Assembly (NCBI GenBank): GCA_034780895.1
Contig: JAUZTB010000017.1
Coordinates: forward strand, 47,183,138 to 47,247,137
Source: Rhynchobatus australiae
Taxonomy: Eukaryota
Length of the DNA stretch: 64,000 nucleotides
Reading direction: 5' to 3'
Shown here: in pieces, positions 37,001 to 49,240 of the stretch
Layout: each line of letters begins with the position of its first letter
How positions within the stretch are numbered: the first letter of the stretch is position 1
Program-made: the position numbers and the translations under genes
Notes under the pieces: model-generated
Seen by the model: only the letters and a program-made list of their open reading frames with translations
Told to the model about the DNA's origin: nothing
The model's database searches: none

Positions 37001-40000
37001 TCTTTTGCCTTCAGGTGGACAATCTGAAGTTGCAGCGCGTGCGGGTTCTTGGTTCAACATTGGTTTCACTGGAGACGGAAAAGGCCCATCTTCCCTGACG
37101 TGTAATCGAACCTGTGCCGCCGCAAACGTGAAAGTTCTGAATACTGACCACAAGACTATCAGGGTTACATTTGAGCACATTGCAGTTCCAATCTTTTTTC
37201 GAGTCCACCCGTAGTAAATGTTCGCCGACAAATTATTCAACTGCAGCGTAATTTCGTGATTTAACTCATTCACACTTCCTTTCACGCATCAAATATTTCG
37301 TAGATCAAACGATCGAATTCATTCAAAACGGAGGCGAGCAGATTTTCCAATGTGAATGGGATTACTGGATGGAGGGGAGTGCATATAAATGGAGAACGGG
37401 CGTGGTCTTCAATGATGGAGAAGGCACTAATATCCAGATGGCCAACTCTTCGTCCTAATTCTTAACATCCTCTGGGATTGTCGGATGTATATTAAAAATA
37501 ATTTAAAAATGAAATCACTTCTGCAGATGCTTTATTGCAAAATTGCAGATGTTCGAAATCTGAAATAAAAGCAGAAAATTATGGAAGCACTCAGCAGGTC
37601 AGTCAGCATCTCTGGAGCGAGCAGCCAAGTTCACGATTCGGATAGTAAACTTTTATTGGAAATGAAAAAAGGGAAGAAAAGAAGTTTCAAGTTGAAGGCT
37701 ATTGTTAATGGAACGGAGACAGCACCTCTGACAGGGTCAGGAGAGGGCTGCTGCCGACTTCTATCGCGTCTGCCTCGATTTGAGTCTGATTCACCACATA
37801 TTTACATTCTTGAATATATATGCTCTGATCAAACATGCATTACAGAATATCTCACTCTCCAGACAATGTAGGGCCGAGTTTAAAGCTGTTCAATGTTCGT
37901 TGCCTTTGAGAGTATCACTCTAATGCTGTGAGGTTTTCTGCCCCCTCTCACAATCCCGATTTATACCAGTTTTCCCGGACATAGAAGAATGAGGTCTGCA
38001 AATTCCGATGAAAGATTAGGAATGAGATTTCAAAGAAAATCTCTCTCTTTCCACACCCTGTTTAATCTGCTTATTTTATCCTGTTTTTTTTCCAAAGACT
38101 TTATTACTTTCCTGAAATCACATTTCTTTCCACGCACAAAAAAAAAATCATAATTCAACAGAGTTCACTGTGGGAGAAGCAATGTCAAACCTCAAGGGAT
38201 GTAAATGTCGAGTTAGTTGGGTTACGAAAATCAGGGAGGTGTTGCGTTTAATATTGCACGGAGGAGGACCGATCTGATACAAACTGGTGCAGGGCATGTT
38301 GAAGAAGACACAGATGTTGGCCCAATTTTAAATGCATGAAGACAAGTTTTAATATTGCGCACAAATGTTCAGGCCTTTTGTACTATAATAAAGTATATTC
38401 TCCAGAATAATGTGCACATCGGCCAAAGTGAGTGTGATAGAAATAGGTACAGGGCCCTGTGACGTTCATATGAAGACAGGGTCCAGTAGAGTATAAAAGT
38501 AATCCTGTTCCTATGTGGTATACATGGGGACCGAACCTTGTAAAATGTGATCACAGACAGGGACCAGTTTCAACATATGCAAACACAAGGCCGAATAGGA
38601 AAGGGCACTTTCGAAATATAGATTAAAACTGCGTCAAGAGGAGTACAAGTGGAGACAATAGATGATGTGTTGTGCATAATCATGGGGTTTTCTGTTACAT
38701 AAGTAGAATAAAAGTGTTGTGTGCCATACGGAAGGAAGCACACTGTTTATAATAAAGAAAGGAAGATCACAGGTTTAGGACCATAAATAATATAATTGTA
38801 GACAAGAACCGTGACTAAAACAAGAGAGGTATCGTTCATATTCTTATATTCTGGTAAAATTATCTGAAAGGGACTTGTATAATGAAAATGCAAGATGATA
38901 ATTAAATCTAATATACAGAGTCATAGTGCATATTGAGACATAATTGGGCACAGGGCCATACATAATACAGCATCAGTTTGCAGCATAATAGAGCATGGCG
39001 AGAGATATAATAAACTATGGTCCAGCACAGCGCCCAACATCAACTAAGATAGGGCACTGGAGCAAAAGAGCAGAAGCAGGGCCTGGTGATATCGGGAGAT
39101 CGGTGTGCCCTTAAGACATATACACAGTGACGGGGGGCAGTTTCGCACACGGAGAACCAATGTGAAAGAAACAGTTGCAAGCCTCGAGTATTTCAGAGAG
39201 AGAGGGAAAGAGAGAAGAGTCCAGTATAGTAAGGCATATTGTAATAAAAATATGTTTAATGAACTATGTCGCAGGAAGAGGGATAACCTTTAAATGTCGT
39301 CATTAAGCCATACATTTCTGACATGTACTCATATGCACAAAGCCTAGTGTAATATGAGCTGGGACAGGGTTGAGTATTAAGAGACAGGGATGAACATGGT
39401 GTAAGCTGTGCAAGGAGTACACCACCCACCCATCTCGTTAGTCACCTCTCGCCCCGTCAGTGCAAGAGTCCGTCATCTCCATGTTGGCCTCATCAGCAAT
39501 TTCATAGTCAGAGTGAAAGCAAGACATCCTCGTTCTGAAGGAATTCCTGAGGAGAGCAAGCACATATGTGAAGGGAATTGAGTAATAACTCATGATCCAG
39601 TGTTCTAAATATGAACAACCAGGCAGAATGAGATTTCTGTTGGTCCGAATGCATACTATGAGTTCATAGCTCTACCATCTGGGCAGGCAGATTGTTCTCA
39701 ACTGCATCCAAATTCCAAAGTCCTACAACGAACAGTTCGCACACAAGAGGGCGGCAGCGGCAGGGTTCTGCCGGATTTCATAATGGGAGATTTCCCGTTG
39801 TGTGAAATGCTGAGAATCTGCAGGGTCCTAATGCCCGCATCGTGATGTGACAACGCGCCTTCAGCATCGGCCTGGAGGAGGATGCAGGCTGAATTGGTTG
39901 ATCTTCGAACTCGCCACAAAAATGAGAAAGAACAAAGTTTATCCTTCGGTATGCAAGTGCGCGAAGAGCCACCCTTCCCATCCATCTGAATGTTACGAAA

Positions 40001-40969
40001 ATTTGAAATTAAATTAATAGGTTTCATTGCAGCACATTTGGAAATTGAGATTTACTTTAAATGCATATATATCCAATGTGCCAATATGTGTGTCAAAATA
40101 AAGAGCTACTGGTATAATACAAATACGCTCAAGGTCTGTAAACTTATGAAAGCGTTTTCTTTAATGTAAACAAAGACTGGGGCTATAATAAGTTCGGAAG
40201 GACCCCGTGTGATGTGCACATACAGAGAATGATTTAATAAAAATGGATACCAAATCTCATATAATACAAAGTACGGCTCACATTCACAGCCCACACGGTG
40301 GCTGTGAAATTCTTTTGAAGAGGGAGAAAAGTTCCTTGAGCAATATTACATTTTCCAGTGTAGATCAATCATTGATAGTGGGAGTCCTGGGTAAATCCAG
40401 ACGCAAGAGCTAATGAGTGAATAACAAAGGCAATGTTTAAGCCAATGGTACTGAAGGGAAATTCGCTTGCAACGTTTAACTTAAATTCGGATCCTGTGTT
40501 GACAGCAGAGGTGGTATCAATAGTTACAAAATGAAAACATAGATTGGGCACCCACTGTTCTTGTGTGAGGATCGGGGCCAGTGATGGTTTTTTGATGACT
40601 AACGTCAGATCACACATTTAAGCCCCAATGCAAGATTAATATTGACAATAGTAGACTGACTCTGGCACGCTGAAGAGAATGGGAGATCACGATAGATGGA
40701 GTCAGTCCGACCTCGTTGGCGATCTTAGATTCCATCTGTAGGGTTAGCAGCACATAAACGAAGCAGATGCCTCAGCGCGGTACTGTGGACAACGGCCCGT
40801 GAATGTTATACTCTTGTCGATAAAATATTAACTTGGTCCCCTCTCTCTGACTTAGTTACAAGTGCATTGNNNNNNNNNNNNNNNNNNNNNNNNNNNNNNN
40901 NNNNNNNNNNNNNNNNNNNNNNNNNNNNNNNNNNNNNNNNNNNNNNNNNNNNNNNNNNNNNNNNNNNNN

Positions 40970-41056
40970 CTGAAGTAAAATATCCTGACTCCAGTCTGTA
41001 TCAGTGTGTTGCATTTGGGTTCTCTGCGATCTTGTTCCTTGCTGAAAATTGTGACA
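40970..41056 (+). mobile_element. 3' end of the same LTR family next to a gap
   Basis: Matches the LTR 3' end (...ctgactccagtc...gcatttgggttctctgcga...ttgtgaca). Confidence 0.7.
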
Positions 41057-41658
41057 TATTTTCTTGCAAAGAACATCAAACTATCAGCAGATTGAACGGA
41101 ATGTGACCAAGAATGGATATGGATGTCCGAATATTGTTGTAGCATAGTAAGACTCACCGGATGGAATTCGTTTCGGTGTCGATTTATGCCGCGACCTATC
41201 TGACGCCGCAAAATGTTTGCTGAGTGGGGGGACTACGCGGTGGCGCCTTAATGGCTGTTCGTGGGAACATGGTCCAATTAGAAAACGTGCGCCTCTTTCG
41301 CCAGTGTTCGTTGACTTTCTCTCCCAGTCCGTACAAAGAATTAACTTATTCGGATTGGTTACTGTGGTAACGTCAGATTTGAGGTGTAATATTCGAATAA
41401 ATTAAATAACACAGAGGAGTCATATAACGTCAAGTGGGTTTGAACACAGTTACTGCGATCATAGAGAGAAAATATCCATGAGACTGGCAGGTTGATAGTC
41501 TGCCGGTGTAAAAAAAAACTCGCATTGTCATCATTTAACAGCATTAGGTTGAGCCTTCCGACTTTAAGTAGAATTTGTTCTCCCCTTCCCTTTTCAGTCA
41601 TTCTATTCCGTTGTGTGAGTTCGCCCTCTAGCGATCTCCCGTCGAATCGCTGAGGGTG

Positions 41659-41697
41659 AGTTTTTGTTCAGATTCAGTGAAGTTTTGCAGCAATGTG
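41659..41697 (-). other. TCR V recombination signal sequence, 23-bp spacer
   Basis: On the - strand: CACATTG (41697-41691), 23 nt, ACAAAAACT (41667-41659). Confidence 0.9.
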
Positions 41698-42001
41698 GGG
41701 GTCATGGCGCAGAGGTAGACGGCGGAGTCGGAGATCACGGCCTTGCGAATCTTTAGCTCGGTATATTTTGTCGTTTTATCGTAGGTAGAAGAAAAACGAT
41801 CGGGTAGGTCACTATCTCTGTATTCTCTCCCTGCGATAATCCGAAGCAGGTACTGTGGAGGCTCCGGAGGGACCTGACTGTACCAGAAAACATTTGGTGA
41901 TGCACTGCTTGTTTGCAAGGTGCAGTTCAGTGTAATGTTACTTTCCTCGTCGAACGTCATATCAGCGACAGACTGTTCTACTGTGTCTTGAAGACTCCCG
42001 T
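41698..42001 (-). CDS. T-cell receptor alpha/delta-type variable exon
   Basis: Acceptor ctctttcag|AC. Encodes DTVEQS...ESNITLNCTLQTSSASPNVFWYSQVPPEPPQYLLR...DRFSSTYDKTTKYTELKIRKAVISDSAVYLCAMT, with TRAV/TRDV hallmarks (FWY.Q, PQYLL, DSAVY.CA). Open frame, RSS23. Confidence 0.92.
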
Positions 42002-42127
42002 CTGAAAGAGCAAGAAATAATAGATCAGTCACATCATTACCTGGAATATCGTGATTCCTTCAATCGAAATAACGGGTTCACAGCGTTCGAGGGAAGTCTG
42101 TAATATTACTGGGAAGAAACTTCTCAC

Positions 42128-42173
42128 CGAGAAATGACACAATAATGAAGAACAGCGCGAGGCGGTTATTCAT
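42128..42173 (-). CDS. TCR V leader exon (MNNRLALFFIIVSFL)
   Basis: ATG at 42173, hydrophobic signal peptide, phase-1 donor G|gtgaga splicing in frame to the V exon. Confidence 0.88.
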
Positions 42174-42269
42174 GGTAACGCTCCCTGAATCAGTCTTTCT
42201 GCAGCGAGAGAGTGGAAATGCCCCTTCGTAGCAGAACCAGAAATACCCTATCCCCACTGCCCTGCTGAG

Positions 42270-42420
42270 CCAACCAATCACAAGCGGCACCTCGTGGTAT
42301 CAACTATCCAATGACACAGGGCAGAAAAGACGTTCAGATAAGAACAGGAAACGAAATGTAGGCGGGGCGGCCTCAATAGTCAAAACAAAATGGGTCAAAG
42401 CCGGTGCGTGCGGAAGTAAA
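42270..42420 (-). promoter_or_regulatory. Putative TCR V promoter region
   Basis: CCAAT boxes at about 42274 and 42308, GC box GGCGGGGCGG at 42361, ETS-like CGGAAGT at about 42410 and a CTCF-like motif at 42284-42297, all 100-250 bp upstream of the ATG. Confidence 0.4.
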
Positions 42421-44104
42421 GTGAGCAGCGCCGCTCAGTGGTGAGCGGAATTGGGATAACTCTTGGTCGTCGAAGAGAAGACTATGATCATACTGTGCTA
42501 ACTCACTGATCAGGGAATTGCGAACAGATGGTGTGGGAGAGAAACAGATCGCTGGCTCAGCAACGGAGAAAATAACCGTTTTTATTAATCTCTGGCGGAT
42601 TTCTGGGGGCACTGGATTTAATGTAGAAATCCGGAAACCATCAAACAGCCTCTAGCGCACGATAACCCGTGTCTGTGCCTGCATGGAACCTGGTTTTCAG
42701 AAGCATACAAAAAACTGCAGCACAATTCAGGCCCTTCGGCCCACAAAACTGTGCAGAACATGTCCCTGCCCTGGAAATTCCTAGGTTTACCCATGGTCCT
42801 CTATTTTTATCAGCTCCATGTACCTATCCAGCACTCTCTTGAGAGACCCTGTCGTATCCTGCTCTACCACCGTTGCCGGCAGCCCATTTCTCTGAATAAC
42901 TTCGCAATTAATTAGGTGTGTGGAGTATCGATAAGAGCGCAAGGGTTGTTGGAACTTGTCGACGCCCGGAGTTGCATGTAAAATTGCCTGGAAGATAAGA
43001 AAGTCAAGTCCACCAGATGGCAGCAAAACACGAACGAATACGATACAAGCCATGTTGACTATTTCCGCAGAAGCTGCTGGACATGCTGAATGTTCCCAGT
43101 ACTTCTGATTTTACCTTTATCAGTTCAACTGGAAATTAAGCGCAATTGGTGCCGAAGAGGACAGTTTGGGTCAGCTGGAGGGGAGTATCTCTCCCTGGTC
43201 AACGTGGGGTAAAAACTCCCTCTGACTAAATTATCTCAGCTCAAATTGACCTATCTCTCTTGATATCAAGCTGTCTCTCAGGTTTTTGAGTATTTGGAGC
43301 AGACTCTGGGGATATTTTCAGTGCCTCTGTCGGAATATGAAGAAAGGCTGGACATGGTGCAGCAAGGGGCAGTAGTATATCAGTAGAGACTGCGGCACGT
43401 TTAAACAAGAGCAGGATGCTATGGCTATACCTACTGCAGATAAATTAATTTAATTTAAGGCAGTGATTTAATCCTTCATGGGCACGGTTGATACAGTATG
43501 TGCAGAAGTCGTGCCTGCTGTGTAAGGGTACACTTTAATAGAAATCCTGATACAAAGATAAAATACAGCAATTATGGAAATATCATATAGAACAGGAAGT
43601 GAATGAAATACCCACAAGATCAGGTAACACCTGCACAGTATCAAGGAGAGTTTATTCTTCAGATCATGTATTCTTCTTTGAAACAAGGAATTCGGCTGTG
43701 TAATAAATACCAGAGCGATATGAAGAATGACTGGACAGAGTGCGAGAGGTACAAACGAAACTTAAGCAATTGTCAATGCGTTGTGGGATATCAAGAGTGA
43801 TGATGCTTCAAGTAAATAAACATAGTAAGCGCTCATCATTATTTTCCTTAAATGATCGATTTTTAATAAATTTAAATTAATTTTGTTTATAATAAAATGA
43901 TAAAAAAGAATGCAATAATCTAAAAATAGCAACAAATATTAAATTATCGATAAAAATCAAAATAATTTTTAAAAATCTGAATGTCAACGCATCTCTCATG
44001 TCATTGAGAACTGCTATCATTGCTTTATTTTCTTTTTGAGTCGTTCTACTTTAATCACCAATTTCACAGTCTGAGTTATATGAAATCATAACGCGCCTGG
44101 ATCT

Positions 44105-44409
44105 GAGGATCCTTCTACAGTTCAACAACAAAGTGAACTCCACTTCTTTGTTCCGACGTGTCTTCCACACCTTGGAGCATCCGTAATGTGGCCGTCTTCC
44201 TCTACAGGTTAAGGACAAAGTAGACTCCAGCTGATTACTCACAAAACTCCGTCCGTTGATTGTAGTGACAGTCACAGTTCTCATCCATCGATAGAAAACA
44301 AGCAGGCGAGTGTCTCTCTCTCTCTCTTTCTCTCTCTCTTCTGACTGACTCCGACTGGCTGTTCCAACAACGTCATGGCGTCCTTTAACTTCTGTTGACG
44401 TAAGCAGGC

Positions 44410-44447
<38 letters not shown>

Positions 44448-44490
44448 TGAAGGGACATTCACTAAGAGTAACCTAGTCCGGAATACCTGT
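44105..44490. repeat. Interspersed repeat copy 1 (homologous to 48830-49240)
   Basis: Shared blocks ggagcatccgta, ctcatccatcga..gaaaacaagcaggc, gactccgactggctgtt, gttgacgtaagca, then (CA)n. Confidence 0.7.
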
Positions 44491-45429
44491 AATATTGAGT
44501 CATTTAATTTAAAAGAGTGAATTCACCCAGTATGATTAGAACAAGTGGAATAGGTATGGAAGTAGGGGCTGCTGTGAAAAGGTACACTTTCATAGAAACC
44601 ACGATATGAACACAAAATACTACTGATGCTGGAAATGCTGGAAATCGAAAATGGAACAGAAATTGAAAGAAATACCCAAAATATCACGGTGCCTCTGTAC
44701 GGTGTGAAGGAGAGTTCAGTCTTTAGATTATTTAATTTGCTTCCAAAAACGACGTCACCGCATGTGAGATGTACGATAAAAATATAGAAATATTTACAGT
44801 GTAATTGGTAACAGAAAGAGTCAATAATAATACAACGTACATGATAGTTGAGAATATTTGAATTTCCGTGCTTCACAATTGCTTGATCAACTCCTAAGTT
44901 TTCATATTTCGTCCCAGAGTCCCAATAAATTTGTGCAGACTGATTCTCAGTTTTCTGTTCTCTGGTCCAAAAGAAGGGTCCTGACCCGAAACGGTGAATG
45001 TCTGTTTTTTTCTCCACGGATTCTGCCTGGCCTGCTGAGTTGCTTGGAATCATACTAACTTTCATCTAGATTCCAGCATATGCAGTCCTTTGTTTTTCTG
45101 ATCTCTCCTTGTGTCTTTCATCGAATGTGATGACAGTTGTGGTTCTCTCCCCAGGAAAGGGTGGCCTCTCCAAATCCAGCACTCGTAACCAGTTATTCAA
45201 GACGGTGTCGAATTTCTTGGTCTTCGTCACCGGTGTGATATTTACCCAGTTTCGTGCTATTTATTTCCCTATTAGTTTGCTCTCCACCGCTCCGGATTGC
45301 AGACTAGTTGATGGCTCTATCTTGGTGCCCGAAGGTCCCTTTCAATCCATTCTCTTCTTCACGGAAACTGACATCCTCGAGGTTTTGGTGACATTTCCTT
45401 GGGCAAAAGATTGTTTGCTTTGTTCCTTA

Positions 45430-46620
45430 CCATGTCCCTCTTGATTTTACCCACCATAAGTTCACCCGGAGTCTCCGACGCTCCGAGGATTTAAGTCCTA
45501 GCCTGAACAACTGCTCGCCATAATTCACGTTCTCAACATTCTTGCAATTTTCTTTTTGCATTGTTTCCAGATCAGTTACGTCTTTCCTATAACAAAGAGA
45601 ACAAATCTGGATACAATACGCCAAGCACTGCCTCACCAAAGTGTTATACATCTGGAATATAAAGTCCACATTCTTATACTCGATGCCCTGACTGATGCAG
45701 GCCAGCGAGCCAAAAGCCTTTTTGCCACCACCTTGTTAACCTGTGATGCTAGTTTTAGGGAGCCCTGAACCCGCACTCCTTGGTTAACCTTTTGCATACA
45801 GTAGCCAAGAACGTTACCATTGGTCCTCCCCGTATTGAAATCCCATGGTGCAACACCTCGTCTTATCTGTATTAAAACACTTTTTGTCAATGATCGACAC
45901 ACGTACCTAGCTATTCAACCCCTCACTGTAATATTTGATAACTTTGTTCATTAAGCTGACACCTAGTTTAGCATCATCCGTAAACTTAATTGCCATTTAT
46001 TGTACATTCTCATCCACATCGTTTTATAAATAAAGAACAACAAGACCCCCAACATAAACTCCTGTGACACACCGCTGAATCCATTCCTCCTGTCCTAGAA
46101 ACTACTTTCTATCACTCTCTGCTACCTACCATCAAGCTAGTTATGAATCCAGTCAGCTTACTCGACCTGTAGCGCTTGTGATCTAAACTTACAGACAAGC
46201 CTATCATGCGGGATTTTACCGAAGGCCTTTATAAAGAACATGTACACCACGTGGCGTCATCATCGCTCTGGCTTACCTCTTCTGAAAACTCTAACAGATT
46301 TTTCAGATACGCAAACTGCCGAGCTGACTATCCCCAATAAGATCTTGACGTTCCAAACGGACGCTTGTGGTAGCACTTGTAAAATCCTCCCACTTTCCTT
46401 CAGAGAGTCTCACCCAATCAATCTCTGCCAAGATCCCGACTGCTGCCTCCAATATTTGCCATGTCCGTTTACTGAATCAAAATTACCTTTCTCTGTAACT
46501 ATAAAATAGAATTATGGTCACTGATCACAAAATGTTCTCCGGATGACACATTAGTCACTTGCCCTGCCTCGGTCCCTCCGAGGAGTCCAGTGTTGCGCCC
46601 CCTCTAGTAGGGCCCTCCAG
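45430..46620 (-). mobile_element. Decayed CR1-like LINE
   Basis: MYNTLVRQCLAYCIQICSLCYRKDVTDLE; GVRVQGSLKLASQVNKVV. Confidence 0.75.
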
Positions 46621-48829
46621 AGATTGATCTGCTGGCTTTATTTCATCATGTTTCCTGCTTTTACTTGAAATGCGCAGTTTCTTCATTGATTTGGATGCAG
46701 CCCGCTTTCTCTTCAGCTGGTTACTTCAACAAGTGATTTATTGGACAGCGTGATTTTGGTCAGTTCTGATGAACGGTTCCCAGAACTAAAACCTCAGTCA
46801 TATCCCTATCCACGGATTTATTTTAAATACTCACCATTCCATATTTTCTGCTTTTATTTGATTCCGCAGAGGATGAGTATCATTTTGAACGGGCCAAAGA
46901 GCGTCCCATTCCGGTGACTTGGGAGGTTTCGCTCAGTTCATCAGAAAGACGGACAGATCAACACGCAAACCGGCTTCCTCAAGTGAACTCACATTCGATA
47001 AGGTAAAATTCCGATTATATTCTGTCGATATATTTTCCAGACACAGATGGATGGGGATTTGAACTGCAAGCGGATTAGTGAAAGCTGACATCAGTTGGGA
47101 AAGATGCCTACATTTCGGCGCCAAGGCAGATATCCTTGGGCGGCAGCGGAAATATCAGGGACCGAATGTGATCATTGTGTGTAATGGACCGAGAAGGCAC
47201 CTTGTAAGGGCACACTGGTCTTCTCTTGACATTTAGTTTTGTTGTCCCGACACATAAATGAAGAACGCAATTTAATTGGAGATAATGCCCTTTCCCACCG
47301 ATAGCAGCAAAATCCTCCCTGTGTATTAAACAAAGGACACCTGTCACCGACGGCAGCGTTCCCGAAATAAAGCAACGTAGGTTCTGTGCAATTCTGCGGG
47401 GCGTTGAATGCACAAAATACAAAACTGTTGGTGAAGATTTTTTTTCCGATATACAGGTTTTCATGACGTTTGTGTATCCTTCACCCAGGCCCAGGTTATA
47501 TTCTGAGTACTGAAGGTTCTATTCCGAAACACAATGCCCAAAATTATTCCGTCACGTCCACCTGAAAAAATGTTGCAGACAACAGTTCACCAGTCATTAC
47601 GTAAGTCTTACAAAAGGCAGGAGAGTGGTGTGGGGTGGAGGTGGGATGGATTGAGGGAATTCATTTCTTTGGAAATAAAATGCTCAACGAGGTGACATAA
47701 TACCTCGTTGACCATTTTATTTCCAAATAAATTACTTTCCTCCACTGAAATCCGCTTCCACAGCAATCACTTGATGCTATTACTCTGCATTCCGGACAAA
47801 AAAGTATGTCACTGGAGGGCTTGCTGACCGGTGAATGATACGATCCGAATTCAGAGGGCAGTGAGGGAAGGGGAACAAGAAAATCCCTTGGAAGAAACGC
47901 AGTCTTTCACCAAACTGCCAGGAGACAACGCGTGTTGATTCAAAGTTGGTCGGGCGGGAAATAGCGCCTCCAAGTGGCCCAGATGAAAGTATAAAACGAG
48001 GTGATTATGATTCCTGATTCCTGAGCTCCCCGTTTACGTTCAGTTGGTAATTCAATTGCGTCTTTTTAAGTGGAGTGGGTCGTTCCTCGCTTGACGGCGT
48101 ATTCTCTTTCTCCAGCTAGCGCTATTCACAACCCGATTCTACTCGCAATCAGTTCAGAGAAATTTCTACAATGCATCACCATTGCTAGGTTTTTAACCGA
48201 TCATTATTTGTTCTTGAACAAGCGGATTCCCGCATTATTTTGTAGAACAGTAAACATGCCAGTGAATTTCTCCCCTGAAACATCAGTTCGGACGGATCGG
48301 CATTTAAAATGCCCAGTATTTCCAGTGTCACTTTTGCAGAAGCTGTATTTTAATACGCAATTATGATTATAATTTATTTCGACCATGGAGCTGCTCTGTT
48401 GTCGAACTAATATTTAGGAACATTGATGNNNNNNNNNNNNNNNNNNNNNNNNNNNNNNNNNNNNNNNNNNNNNNNNNNNNNNNNNNNNNNNNNNNNNNNN
48501 NNNNNNNNNNNNNNNNNNNNNNNNNNNNGTTCAGTTCAGCAAGCCATAAGGTGAAACATGAGTAAAGGCTTCTTCAACAACCACCGTTGTCTGGAGATAA
48601 AACGTCGATGCAGACAGAAAATAGAGAGTAATTACGGAATCCAAATGTTCCATGATGGAACCCAAACGACTCCTCAGTGTTTATTCAGCAGTGACGGCTC
48701 CACTGCACCTTCCTCATCCGAATAACTTTTGAATGTTCCATTCTGGAATCCAAATGACACCTCAATGTCTACTCGGTCGTGACTTCCTTCCCCAGAAAAC
48801 ATCTGAAACGTGGCCGTCCACCCAAATAC

Positions 48830-49240
48830 CTGTTTTCTTCTACAGGGGAACAACCGAGTGAATTCCACTTGTTAATTTCAACGTGTCTGCCACACCCTGG
48901 AGCATCCGTACCGTGGCCGCCCACCCCAAATACCTGTGTTCCTCCACAGGTTACTGACAAAGTGAACTCCACCGGTTTACTCTCAACAATCCATACGTGG
49001 ATTGCAGTGGCAGTCACAGTTATTTTTACTCATCCATCGACAGAGAAAACAAGCAGGCTAGTGTCCCTCACTCGCTCTCTCTCCCTTCTTCAGATTGACT
49101 CCGACTGGCTGTTCAAGCAACCTCTTGACGTTCTTTTTATTTTGTTGACGTAAGCACGCCACACATACACACACACACACACACACAGAGACACACACAC
49201 ACACACTCACACACACAATCTTAATGGACACTCACTAATC
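48830..49240. repeat. Interspersed repeat copy 2
   Basis: Same shared blocks as 44105-44490. Confidence 0.7.

Noticed and set aside
41698-42173. NAR-TCR supporting Vdelta
   Set aside because: It has its own leader exon and only the two canonical Cys. Supporting V domains lack a leader and carry an extra Cys.
46595-46608. Additional CTCF-like motif
   Set aside because: Weaker match and it lies at the edge of a decayed CR1 fragment.
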